DNA from: Chloroflexota bacterium
Lineage (GTDB): Bacteria > Chloroflexota > Anaerolineae > JAAEKA01
Direction: 5' to 3'
Assembly: GCA_029558955.1 (NCBI GenBank)
Contig: JAKQCW010000129.1
Location: 104 to 64,103, forward strand
Length of the DNA stretch: 64,000 nucleotides
Positions 49,787-58,537 of the stretch are shown here, piece after piece; the first letter of the stretch is position 1, and each line of letters begins with the position of its first letter. The notes beneath the pieces are model-generated. The model was not told the DNA's origin. It searched no databases and worked only from the letters and a program-made list of their open reading frames with translations. A program made the translations under genes and the position numbers.

Positions 49787-50290
49787 AGTGCGTAATGCGT
49801 GATGCGTAATGCGTAATGCGTGATGCGTAATGCGTAATGCGTGTGCGTGATGCGTGATGCGTGTGCGTAATGCGTGATGCGTGTGCGTGATGCGTGTGCG
49901 TGATGCGTGTGCGTGATGCGTGATGCGAAATGCGTGATGCGAAATGCGTGATGCGAAATGCGTGATGCGTGATGCGCGTGCGTGGTGCGTGGTGCGTGGT
50001 GCCCGTGCGTAATGCGTAACCCATCACGCGCAACCCGCAACCCAGACACAACCCTCACCATTCCGGTTACGCATTACGCATCACGCATTACGCACCACGC
50101 GCAACCCGCAACCCAGACACAACTCTCACCATTCCGGTTACGCATTACGCACCACGCGCAACCCGCAACCCAGACACAACTCTCACCATTCCGGTTACGC
50201 ATTACGCATTACGAGTGACGCACCGCGCCACCCAGAAACGCCTCACACACGCACACTCCAGGTTACGAGTTACGAGTTACGAGTTACGCT
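49787..50290. repeat. Composite heptamer repeat region
   Basis: TGCGT[AG]A tract 49787-50020; three ~57-bp units at 50026, 50097, 50154 carrying TTACGCA; TTACGAG tract ~50263-50288. Confidence 0.95.
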
Positions 50291-50292
50291 CT

Positions 50293-50937
50293 CTACATCC
50301 CTGCCCCGTCCGCCACGTTGTTCAGCACTACGCCGATGATGTGGGCGTTGACCTTTTCCAGCGCCTCTTTGGCGCGGCGGGCGTTGTCGCGCTTGGTCTG
50401 GCCGGCGTTGAGCACCAGGATCACCCCATCCACCTTGGTGGCCAGCACTGAGGCGTCGGCCACAGCCGCGGCCGGCGGCGCATCCACCAAGACCAGGTCT
50501 GCCTGTTCGGCCAGCTCAGCCATGATCTCGTCCAGCCGGCGCGTGGCCAGCACCTGCGATGGGCTGACCGGCAGCGGCCCGCTGGTCAGAATCTGAAGGC
50601 CGGGCGCCGTACTGCAGGCCTGCAGCGCGGCCGTGACCGTTTGCTTGCCGGCCACCACGCTGGTCAGGCCCCCATCGTTGGACAGGCCAAACAGCTCATG
50701 TTGCTGCGGCTGACGCAGGTCACAGTCCATCAAGACGACCCGCTGTCCCATCTGCGCGGCCACCACGGCCAGGTTAGCCAGGGTCAGCGACTTGCCTTCG
50801 CCCGATCCGGCCGAGGTCGCCAGCAGCTTGTGCAGCGGCTGCTCCTGGCTGGAAAAGGAAAGGTTGATGTAGAGCGAACGATAGGCCTCAGCCACATTCG
50901 AGCGCGGGTCGGTCAGGGTGATCAACTGTTGGGTCAT
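50293..50937 (-). CDS. CpsD/CapB-family tyrosine kinase (BY-kinase)
   Basis: AEAYRSL, GEGKS, DCDLRQP, VLVDAPP, GVVLN. Confidence 0.9.
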   Translation of the reverse strand: MTQQLITLTDPRSNVAEAYRSLYINLSFSSQEQPLHKLLATSAGSGEGKSLTLANLAVVAAQMGQRVVLMDCDLRQPQQHELFGLSNDGGLTSVVAGKQTVTAALQACSTAPGLQILTSGPLPVSPSQVLATRRLDEIMAELAEQADLVLVDAPPAAAVADASVLATKVDGVILVLNAGQTKRDNARRAKEALEKVNAHIIGVVLNNVADGAGM

Positions 50938-51018
50938 GATGAACCTTTATCGTCAGAGCCCGCGGATGCCCGGCGGATGGTTGCCGACCAACGACGCGTT
51001 CTGCGGGACTCCAGAAAT

Positions 51019-51732
51019 CTATGCGGCTGGCGAGGGTGCGGCTTTCTGGCTGCGCTTGCCGCTGCGCGCCGGCTGGCTGGCTTCGGCGGGAATCGTCCCC
51101 AGCACGGCCACCCCCAGGCTGCGCTCCACCGCGGCCGGCGTGCGCAGGATGTCCGCCTCCAGCCACTCCAGGGCGAAGACGATCAACAAACCGAGCAGCG
51201 CGCCCAGCACCAGGCCGGCGATCGCGTTCAGCAGCGGCTTGGGCTTGAACAAGGGCGCGTCGATGACATCATCCACCAGCTTGACCTCGATGCGGTCGGC
51301 CTTGTCCTGCTGTTGATAATAGGCGTTGCGCTCGTCGATGAACTGATTGGCAAAGGCCATGGCAATGGTGACTGCCACGGCCGGCTCCTGATCCTCAGCC
51401 GCGATTTCGATCAGGAACTGGTCGCCCACCGGGTTGACCTCGACCTTGCTCAGCAGGTCGTAGGTGGACATGTCAAGCTGCGCCCGGTCGATGACCTGGC
51501 GGGCGGTCTTGTGCGTCTTGATGTTGACGGCGAAGTTGCGCAGCAGTTCCTTGGCCGTGCTGCCCAGCCCCCAGTCGGGGCGGGCCGGCAACACGCTGAC
51601 CGACACCTTCGCCTTGTAGGTCGGCGTTTGCACCTGGCTGATCGCAAAGGCCAGGCCGGCCGCCAGCAACGCCAGCACGATGATGATCCAGCCACGCTTG
51701 CGCAGAATTTTCAGGTAATCTCGTATCTCCAT
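51019..51732 (-). CDS. Wzz/CapA-like polysaccharide co-polymerase
   Basis: MEIRDYLKILRKRGWII, two TM, PKP..N, LGVAVLGTIP. Confidence 0.85.
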   Translation of the reverse strand: MEIRDYLKILRKRGWIIIVLALLAAGLAFAISQVQTPTYKAKVSVSVLPARPDWGLGSTAKELLRNFAVNIKTHKTARQVIDRAQLDMSTYDLLSKVEVNPVGDQFLIEIAAEDQEPAVAVTIAMAFANQFIDERNAYYQQQDKADRIEVKLVDDVIDAPLFKPKPLLNAIAGLVLGALLGLLIVFALEWLEADILRTPAAVERSLGVAVLGTIPAEASQPARSGKRSQKAAPSPAA

Positions 51733-51813
51733 AGCCTGTCTCCATTCACTCCGTCGGGCGCCATTGTACCACAGGTCATAAATGAAAGGTGAAACGGAAT
51801 GCGCAAAGGGCGC

Positions 51814-52509
51814 TCAGCCGTCCCGTCGCTTCCGCCGCGGGATCTCCCCCACCACCCGCAACCCCATTTGCTCGATATCCGCCCGGCCGCGCACCCGGTC
51901 ATCCAGATAGTCGGCCAGAAAAGCCAGGGCGACGCCGGCCGCCAGGGCCAGCAGCAGGCGCAGAGGAAACTCCAGCCGTTGGCGCAGGCCGGGGCCGATC
52001 TCGCCCACGCCGCCCCGGTTGACCAGGTAGGCGGCGCCGTTTTGGGCAAAGAGGCGGGGCATGAACACGGCGGCGTCCTCTTTCAGCGTGGCCGCCACTG
52101 CGTCGGCGATCGCGTCCAACTCCTGCGCATTGCCCCAGGTGATGCCCACATTCAGGATGCGGTGCAGCTTGCCGGCCTGGGTCGAGCCTTGCAGCGCGCC
52201 GGGGGGCAGGGTGATCCCCTCAGCCTGCAAGCGCCGGCTGACAGCCGCGGCGAACTCGCTGCCCCTCACCACCTCGGCCAGGTCGTCGATCAGATACTCG
52301 CTGGCCAGCGCGGTGTAGTAGGCTTCCTCGCCGTTGGCCGGGTTCTGGGGCTGCACGCCCACGCTGAAGCTGAGCGATGTGGCATAGGCGGCCGGCCGCG
52401 CTTGCCAGGGCCGCTGCGTCGCCAGCGTCAAGGCCGCGGTCAGCAGCACCGTCAACAGTGGAATCCACCACCAACGGCGGAGGATGGCCCAATAGTGTCG
52501 TAGTTCCAT
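51814..52509 (-). CDS. Second Wzz/CapA-like co-polymerase
   Basis: MELRHYWAILRRWWWI, DYLDDRVR, GLRVVGEIP. Confidence 0.85.
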   Translation of the reverse strand: MELRHYWAILRRWWWIPLLTVLLTAALTLATQRPWQARPAAYATSLSFSVGVQPQNPANGEEAYYTALASEYLIDDLAEVVRGSEFAAAVSRRLQAEGITLPPGALQGSTQAGKLHRILNVGITWGNAQELDAIADAVAATLKEDAAVFMPRLFAQNGAAYLVNRGGVGEIGPGLRQRLEFPLRLLLALAAGVALAFLADYLDDRVRGRADIEQMGLRVVGEIPRRKRRDG

Positions 52510-52567
52510 GGAAGTTACCGGGCGCCGAAGCGGGTCATGCGGCGCCTGTGACGGGCGCGGTCAGGCG

Positions 52568-52954
52568 TCAGAAATCGATCTCGATCTCTTGCAGCCGGCT
52601 GGCCTGCTCGGCCTTGCGGCCGCGGGCCTCCACCAGCTCCAGGCGGGCGTCGATCAGGGCGCGGGCGGCCAGCAGCAGCTCGCGCTCGGCGCCGCGCATG
52701 TGCAGCCAGAACTCGTCGTTCAGGCCCGCACCGCGCAGGTAGGCGCGTAGGCCGGCCAAACCCTCGGCCAGCCAGCCGTTGAGCGAGAAGTCGTCGTTCT
52801 CCAGGCCGGCCGAACTGGCCCAGGGGGCGTCGAACAGGCGCTGCCAGGGATCGTCGTCGGCTGCATGGCTGCTCCGGCCGGCCTCGGCCTGGGCGCGCTG
52901 CTCGGCCTCGGCCTCCAGTTGGGCGATGCGGGCGCGGATCTCTTCGCTGATCAT
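52568..52954 (-). CDS. Hypothetical helical protein
   Basis: ATG 4 nt after the upstream stop; EFWLHMRGAERELLLAARALID; acidic EIEIDF end. Confidence 0.7.
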   Translation of the reverse strand: MISEEIRARIAQLEAEAEQRAQAEAGRSSHAADDDPWQRLFDAPWASSAGLENDDFSLNGWLAEGLAGLRAYLRGAGLNDEFWLHMRGAERELLLAARALIDARLELVEARGRKAEQASRLQEIEIDF

Positions 52955-52958
52955 GCGC

Positions 52959-53744
52959 CTACCTTTCGGAGCGCAGCGGGTTATGGCCCGCGCGCTCGGC
53001 GATGCACAGAATCGAGGTGCCAATGGGCAGCGAGACGCGCTTCATCAGGCTGGCTTCGACCTTGCCCACGCCGGTCAGCACGCCGTTCATGCCGGGGGGC
53101 GCCGGCTCCATCTCCACCTGGTAGGCGTCGTCGTCGAAATGCGGCGAGGCCAGCTCCGGCTCGGCCCGGCCGCGGCGGGCCAGAATCAGCCCGGCCGCCA
53201 GGGGGAAGAGCAGGAAGTTGTTGTAGGAGGCCTTCAGCACGTGAAAGCCGTGCTGCGTCAGCTTCTCTTTGAGCTCGGCCCGGGTGTAGCGGCGCTGATG
53301 CGCGTTGATCACGTCGTTCTGGCTCCACAGCCACATCAGCGCGGGCACGGTGACCAGCAGCTTGCCGCCTGGCTTCAGCACCCGCCGGCACTCGGTGAAG
53401 ACGCCGTGTTCGTTGGGCACATGCTCCACCACGTCCAGCAGCGTCACCACGTCGAAGGTCTGGTCGTCGAAGGGCAGGTCGTCGGCGCTGCCCTCCTGCA
53501 CGTCCAGGCCGCGCTGCCGCGCCACCTCCAGCGGCTTGCTGTACAGATCGACGCCGGTCACCTGGCCGTAGTGGCTGAGATGATGCACCATGTTGCCGGC
53601 GCCGCAGCCCACATCCAGGATGCGCCGGTTGTTCTGGCCGGCGCCCACGTAGCGGTCCATGTAGCCCAGGATGGCCCGCGTGCGGCTGGCGAACCACCAG
53701 TGGCGGTCCTCTTCTAAAACAACGGTCATGGGGGTAGATTTCAT
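52959..53744 (-). CDS. Class I SAM-dependent methyltransferase
   Basis: EDRHWWF, ILDVGCGAG, LDVVEH, LKPGG, VPA..WLWS..D...HQRRY. Confidence 0.9.
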   Translation of the reverse strand: MKSTPMTVVLEEDRHWWFASRTRAILGYMDRYVGAGQNNRRILDVGCGAGNMVHHLSHYGQVTGVDLYSKPLEVARQRGLDVQEGSADDLPFDDQTFDVVTLLDVVEHVPNEHGVFTECRRVLKPGGKLLVTVPALMWLWSQNDVINAHQRRYTRAELKEKLTQHGFHVLKASYNNFLLFPLAAGLILARRGRAEPELASPHFDDDAYQVEMEPAPPGMNGVLTGVGKVEASLMKRVSLPIGTSILCIAERAGHNPLRSER

Positions 53745-53825
53745 CGGCTTTTGTCTTGAGCTGTGAATTGACATTTCCTGCGGCGCCATTGTAGCCCAGA
53801 AAAGCCGGGTTGACAAAGCGCGGGG

Positions 53826-55154
53826 TTAGCCCAGCAACTTCACGGCCTCAGCCAGCACCTGCTCCACGGCGATGTCCCGCACGCAGCCATGCTCCACCAG
53901 CGCGCCGGCTGGCCAGTCCAGCCGGTTGCAGGGGATGCAGCCCCAGTCCGATGTCAGCGCCACATGGCGGCGCGCGCTGCCCCAGGGGCCGAAGGTGCGC
54001 CGTTCCACCGGGCCGTAGAGGTGAACGGTCGGCGTCCCCATGGCCACAGCCAGGTGCAGTGGGCCGCTGTCCGGGCCGATGGCCAGCGCGCAGCGTCGAT
54101 AGAGGGCCGCCAGCGCGCCCAGGCTGGTCTGGCCGGCCAGGGAAAGGGGCGGGAGGGGCAGGGGCGGCCCCTGGGCCAGCAGCGCCAGCACCGGATCGAT
54201 CAGCTCTGTCTCGCCGGCCGCGCCGGTGAAGAGCACCTGTGCGCCCATTTCTGTGGCCAGCCGCCGGGCCAGCTCGGCCCAGGCAGCCGTGCGCCAGCGT
54301 TTGACGGCCGCGCCGCTGCCGGGGTGGATGGCGACCAGCGGCCGAGCGGTGGCCGGCAGCAGCGCCGCGGCCGCGGCCTCATCCTCGGCCGAGGGCGCAA
54401 AGTGCAGCCGCCACTGGCTGCCGAAGTCGTCGTCGCCCCTGCGCCGCCCCGGCGGGCTGCCGGCTGACAGGCGTTCGCTGACCAGCGACAGCCATTCGCC
54501 GGTGACCGATGGCTGATCGCCGGGCGCCGCCAGCGGGCCGCTTCCCCCCGCCGCCAACGCCAGCGCCAGGTTCTGCACCACCTCATGTCGCCCCACCACG
54601 TAGGGGATCGCCCGCGTCAAGAAAGGCTGCACTTCGGCGATGGCGTAGCCCAGCCGCTGGGGAATGCCCGCGGCCGCCGCCAGCCAGGCCCCCCACCAGT
54701 GATCGAAGCGCAGCACCAGCGCCAGATCGAAACGCAGGGCCGCCAGCCGCCGCGCCTCTGTCTGCAAAAGCCGGTAGGGCGCCAGCGGGTTAGCCTTGGG
54801 CTGGCGGGTGAAGCCGGGAAAGGGGCAGGTCAGCAGCTCGTCCAGGTCCTGATTGCCGGCCAGCACCGCCTCGCCCCACGGCCCCACCAGGCCGGCGATG
54901 TGCGCCTGGGGAAAGCTGGCGCGCAGCAAGTGCAGGGCCGGCGTGGCAAAGAGCAGATCCCCCAGATGATCGGGACGGATGATCAGAATGCGGCGGGGCG
55001 GGTTGGCTGCTTCCGGGCCGCCGTAGCGCTTGCCCCATGCGTGTAGCAGTCGCAGCCGGGCCGTCTGCCGCTGGCTGCGCCCGCTGCGGGCCATGGCCTG
55101 GCGATGCTGCTCGGCCAGCGCTCGTCGTTGCGCCGGGGGTGTGATTTCTTCCAT
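53826..55154 (-). CDS. Glycosyltransferase family 9 (heptosyltransferase-like)
   Basis: RPDHLGDLL, HPGSG..KRW, GQTSL, DSGPLHLA, LYGP, CIPC. Confidence 0.9.
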   Translation of the reverse strand: MEEITPPAQRRALAEQHRQAMARSGRSQRQTARLRLLHAWGKRYGGPEAANPPRRILIIRPDHLGDLLFATPALHLLRASFPQAHIAGLVGPWGEAVLAGNQDLDELLTCPFPGFTRQPKANPLAPYRLLQTEARRLAALRFDLALVLRFDHWWGAWLAAAAGIPQRLGYAIAEVQPFLTRAIPYVVGRHEVVQNLALALAAGGSGPLAAPGDQPSVTGEWLSLVSERLSAGSPPGRRRGDDDFGSQWRLHFAPSAEDEAAAAALLPATARPLVAIHPGSGAAVKRWRTAAWAELARRLATEMGAQVLFTGAAGETELIDPVLALLAQGPPLPLPPLSLAGQTSLGALAALYRRCALAIGPDSGPLHLAVAMGTPTVHLYGPVERRTFGPWGSARRHVALTSDWGCIPCNRLDWPAGALVEHGCVRDIAVEQVLAEAVKLLG

Positions 55155-55183
55155 GCCAGAGGTGCAACTTCAGTCGTTGATTG

Positions 55184-55318
55184 TCTCACGCCAAGCCATC
55201 TGCCCTTTGCGGTCTTTGCGCCTTGGCGTGAGACCCAGACCGCGTCGCAGAGACGCCATCTGCCCTTTGCGGCCTTTGCGCCTTGGCGTGAGACCAAAAC
55301 CGCGCCGCAGAGACGCCA
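55184..55318. repeat. 60-bp direct repeat x2 with REP-like arm
   Basis: GCCATCTGCCCTTTGCGG.CTTTGCGCCTTGGCGTGAGACC at 55195 and 55255; TCTCACGCCAAG at 55184 is complementary to the arm. Confidence 0.85.
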
Positions 55319-55322
55319 GCTT

Positions 55323-56621
55323 TCAGGAATCCCCGTTCACGCCCAGCTCGCGGTAGACCGCCTTCAGCCGGGGCGTGATGGCCGGCCAACCGTAGTTCGC
55401 TTCCACAAAGCGCCGGCCAGCGTCGCCCAACTGGGCGCGCCGGGCCGGGTCGCGCAGCAGCGCGGTCACGGCCTGGGCGAAGCCAGGTGCGTCGTCGGCG
55501 AAGAGCGCCTCCCGGCCGTCGGTCAGGGGAATCCCTTCACACCCCAGCCGGGTGGAAACCAGGCCGCGGCGCATAGCCATCGCCTCCAGCACCTTGAGTC
55601 GCGTGCCGCCGCCTATGCGCAGGGGAACCACATAGACCGCAGCCGCGGCGATGTGGGCGCGGATGTCGGGCACGAAGCCGGTCACCGTGACGCCGGGCAG
55701 CCGGGCCAGCTCCTGCACCCGCGCATGCGGCGCCTTGCCCACGATCACGAAGGTCGCGTCGTCCACCTCGCGCCGCACCAGCGGCAGCACCTCCTGGGCG
55801 AACCAGGCCACCGCGTCCACGTTGGGCCGGAAGTCCATCTTGCCGGTGAACACCAGCGCGTTGGGGCCGTAGTCAGGCGCTTGCGCATCGTTGGCCCGCT
55901 GATAGGCCGCGTAGTAGTCCAGATCGACGCCGTTGGGGATCACGGTGATGTTCAGCTTGGGATCAAGGTGCAGCAGCGCCTCGCGGTCAGCCTCAGAGAC
56001 GGCGATCACCCGGTCAGCCCGCTGGCAGATCTGTCGCTCATAGCGGCGCAGCTTGTCCCACTGCACCAGCGAGTAGGCGGCCGCGTGCCAGCGGTTCGGC
56101 TTGAGCCGGTCTGTCTCCCAGGCCCGTTGCTGCAAGACATATTCGGCGTTATGGTTGTCGAACACCAGGCGCGGCCGGCCGATGGGGATGGTCGGCAGGT
56201 CGTCCTTCTGCTGGGCGTTGCGCCAGAGCGGATGCTGCAAGAGCCACAGGCCGTAGGGCGCCATCTCGATTCCCTCGATCTGCACCACATCGTAGCGGTA
56301 ACGTTCCAGCAACATGCCCAGCCGGGCCTGGAAGGTTTCGGACGCCAGCCGCAGGCCCATGTCAGGCGAGGGCGAGGTCAGGGTCGTGAGAACCCGGTTG
56401 AGCAGGGAGCGGGGCGCGGGCGAGGGGGTCGCCTCGATCACTGAACAGAAATGGGGCAGCGGCGAGTTGCCCGGCGGGTTGTCGGCGCTCTCCTGAAAGC
56501 AGAGCAGGTGAATCTCATACTCCCCGGCCAGGTTGGCCAGCAGGTTGTAGTTGCGAATCGTCGTGCCCTGATGCGGCGGGTAGGGCACCTGAGGGGTCAG
56601 AAAGAGCAGGCGGCCGGTCAT
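55323..56621 (-). CDS. Glycosyltransferase family 4
   Basis: PYPPHQG, HNAE, IPNGVD, FTGKMDFRPN, GGGTRLKVLEAMA. Confidence 0.9.
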   Translation of the reverse strand: MTGRLLFLTPQVPYPPHQGTTIRNYNLLANLAGEYEIHLLCFQESADNPPGNSPLPHFCSVIEATPSPAPRSLLNRVLTTLTSPSPDMGLRLASETFQARLGMLLERYRYDVVQIEGIEMAPYGLWLLQHPLWRNAQQKDDLPTIPIGRPRLVFDNHNAEYVLQQRAWETDRLKPNRWHAAAYSLVQWDKLRRYERQICQRADRVIAVSEADREALLHLDPKLNITVIPNGVDLDYYAAYQRANDAQAPDYGPNALVFTGKMDFRPNVDAVAWFAQEVLPLVRREVDDATFVIVGKAPHARVQELARLPGVTVTGFVPDIRAHIAAAAVYVVPLRIGGGTRLKVLEAMAMRRGLVSTRLGCEGIPLTDGREALFADDAPGFAQAVTALLRDPARRAQLGDAGRRFVEANYGWPAITPRLKAVYRELGVNGDS

Positions 56622-57763
56622 GAGGCGCCCCCGCTCTGGCCGAAGGCGCGCCGGTAGACCGCCAGCGTCTCCTCGGCCGTGCGTTCCCAGGAGAAGGTGC
56701 GGGCGCGGGCCAGGCCCTTGGCGCGCAGGCTGGCGCTCAGCGTCTCGTCGGTCAACACCCGCTGCAAGGCCACGGCCAGCTCTTCATCGCTGTTGGGATC
56801 GATCAACAGCGCCGCGTCCCCCACCACCTCCGGCAAGCTGGAGACGTTGGAGACCACCACCGGCGTGCCGCAGGCCATGGCCTCCAGCGGCGTCAGGCCA
56901 AAGCCTTCGTACAGGGCGGGATGGGCCAGGCAGCTCGCCAGGTTGTAGAGGCTGGCCAGGTCGCCGTTGGGCACGCGTCCGAGGAAAGTGACATGGCGCT
57001 GCAAGTCCAACTGCTCGACCGTCTCGAAGATCTGATCGGACAGCCAGCCGGTGGCGCCGGCCAGCACCAGGCCCGCCTCGACCTTGTAGGCATCCAGCAG
57101 CCGGCGGTAGGCGCGCAACAGGGTGACGATGTTCTTGCGCGGCTCGATGGTGCTGACGAAGAGGATGAACTGATCGGGCAGGGGGTATTTGCCGCGCAGC
57201 GCGGCCAGCGCCTCGGCCCGCTCCATCGGCCGGTAGAGCGGGTCGGCGGCCTCGTAGACCACGGTGATCTTCTCGGCCGGCGCGCCCAGCAGCTTCACCA
57301 TGTCGTTCTTGGTGCTTTCCGAGACGGCGATGATGTGATCGGCCCGTTCCACCGCCGCCTCCACCTGGCCGTAGTAGCGGGCGCTATCCTCGGTCAGGAA
57401 GTGCGGCCAGCGCAGAAAGGCCAGATCGTGGACGGTGATCACCGACTTGAAGCCGCTCAGGCGCAGCGGCGGGATGAAATCGGTGCTGTGCAACAAATCG
57501 ATCTTGAGCCGGCGCAGCGTAGGGCGAAGCTTGAATTCCACGGCCAGCGCGCCTTGCTCCCAGCGGTGATGGCTGGGGGTCCAGATGCCCAGACGCTGCA
57601 CGTGCGGCTCAGCCACGAGGACGCGCTGATCCTTGCGACTCTGCAACAGCAGGTACTGATTGGCCTGATCCAGGCGCGCCAAAGCCTGGGCCAGATGCAC
57701 AGCATACTGGCCAATGCCCGCGCTGGTATAGTGAGCAATACGAGCGTCGATCGCGATACGCAT
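56618..57763 (-). CDS. Glycosyltransferase family 4 (mannosyltransferase-like)
   Basis: MRIAIDAR, TVHDL, EPRKN, YEGFGLTPLEAMACG, SSLPEV, FSWE. Confidence 0.92.
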   Translation of the reverse strand: MRIAIDARIAHYTSAGIGQYAVHLAQALARLDQANQYLLLQSRKDQRVLVAEPHVQRLGIWTPSHHRWEQGALAVEFKLRPTLRRLKIDLLHSTDFIPPLRLSGFKSVITVHDLAFLRWPHFLTEDSARYYGQVEAAVERADHIIAVSESTKNDMVKLLGAPAEKITVVYEAADPLYRPMERAEALAALRGKYPLPDQFILFVSTIEPRKNIVTLLRAYRRLLDAYKVEAGLVLAGATGWLSDQIFETVEQLDLQRHVTFLGRVPNGDLASLYNLASCLAHPALYEGFGLTPLEAMACGTPVVVSNVSSLPEVVGDAALLIDPNSDEELAVALQRVLTDETLSASLRAKGLARARTFSWERTAEETLAVYRRAFGQSGGAS

Positions 57764-57807
57764 GTCGGACAACGGTATGTCAGGGGAAAGCAAGATCAAG
57801 ACCCAAT

Positions 57808-57839
57808 AAAAAAACCTCCATACCCGGCAAGCATGGAGG
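57808..57839 (-). terminator. Intrinsic terminator in the 5' leader of the GT operon
   Basis: CCTCCATGC-TTGCCGG-GTATGGAGG-TTTTTTT on the minus strand. Confidence 0.75.
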
Positions 57840-57860
57840 CTACAGCGCCTAACTTGCGCT

Positions 57861-57889
57861 ACTATACCACAGTCAGACGGCGGTGGCAA
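57861..57889 (-). promoter_or_regulatory. Promoter of the polysaccharide GT operon
   Basis: TTGCCA-17-TATAGT with TG extension. Confidence 0.7.
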
Positions 57890-57920
57890 GTTTGTTTGGC
57901 CAGCCTGGCTGGACGGTCGC

Positions 57921-57949
57921 TTGTCGGAGGGGGTGATTCGTGCTATAAT
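57921..57949 (+). promoter_or_regulatory. Promoter of the yqeY operon
   Basis: TTGTCG-17-TATAAT with TG extension. Confidence 0.7.
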
Positions 57950-58020
57950 CGCCAGCATCGACGAAAATTTCCCGGTCGGGCCGGCCCGCGCACAGCCGCC
58001 GAGCCCACAATGGAGTCGCC

Positions 58021-58482
58021 ATGACTTTGCTGGAACAACTGGACAACGAACTGAAGGAAGCCATGCTGGCGCGCGATGAGGATCGCAAGCGCACCTTGCG
58101 CTCGGTCAAGACCGCCGCGGCCAATGCCCTGGTCGAAAAGCGCACAGCCGAGGGCTTGGACGCGACGCTGAGCGATGAAGAGGTGCTCAAGGTCATCGCC
58201 AAGCAGGCCAGCCAGCGCCGCGACTCCATCGAGGAGTTCAGCAAGGCCGGCCGGATGGATCTGGTTGGCCCGGAGCAGGCCGAGTTGGCGATTCTGGAGC
58301 GCTATCTGCCCAGGCAGATGGACGCGGCCGAGATCAAGGCCGTGGTTGAACAGGTCATCGTCGACACCGGCGCCAGCAGTCCCAAGGAGATGGGGCTGGT
58401 CATGCGCACCGCCATGGCCCGCCTGCAAGGCCAGGCCGACGGCAAGCTGGTCAACCAATATGCCCGTGAGCTGTTGGGTTAA
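58021..58482 (+). CDS. yqeY: GatB/YqeY domain protein
   Basis: LKEAM.ARD, KQ..QRRDSIEEF..AGR.DL, YLPRQM, MGLVM, ADGK. Confidence 0.92.
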   Translation: MTLLEQLDNELKEAMLARDEDRKRTLRSVKTAAANALVEKRTAEGLDATLSDEEVLKVIAKQASQRRDSIEEFSKAGRMDLVGPEQAELAILERYLPRQMDAAEIKAVVEQVIVDTGASSPKEMGLVMRTAMARLQGQADGKLVNQYARELLG

Positions 58483-58537
58483 GCGCTTGTCCTCTGTGCG
58501 CCTTGTTTGAGCAGTTGTTGCATAGACGCTGATCGCC

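Noticed and set aside
49747-50061. His/Thr/Arg-rich N-terminal extension of RfbA in the ORF track
   Set aside because: It is translated heptamer repeat; the family start MKGLILSGG is at 49746 with AAAGGAAG upstream
50026-50215. CRISPR-like 57-bp repeats
   Set aside because: No unique spacers; the variation is only in heptamer count
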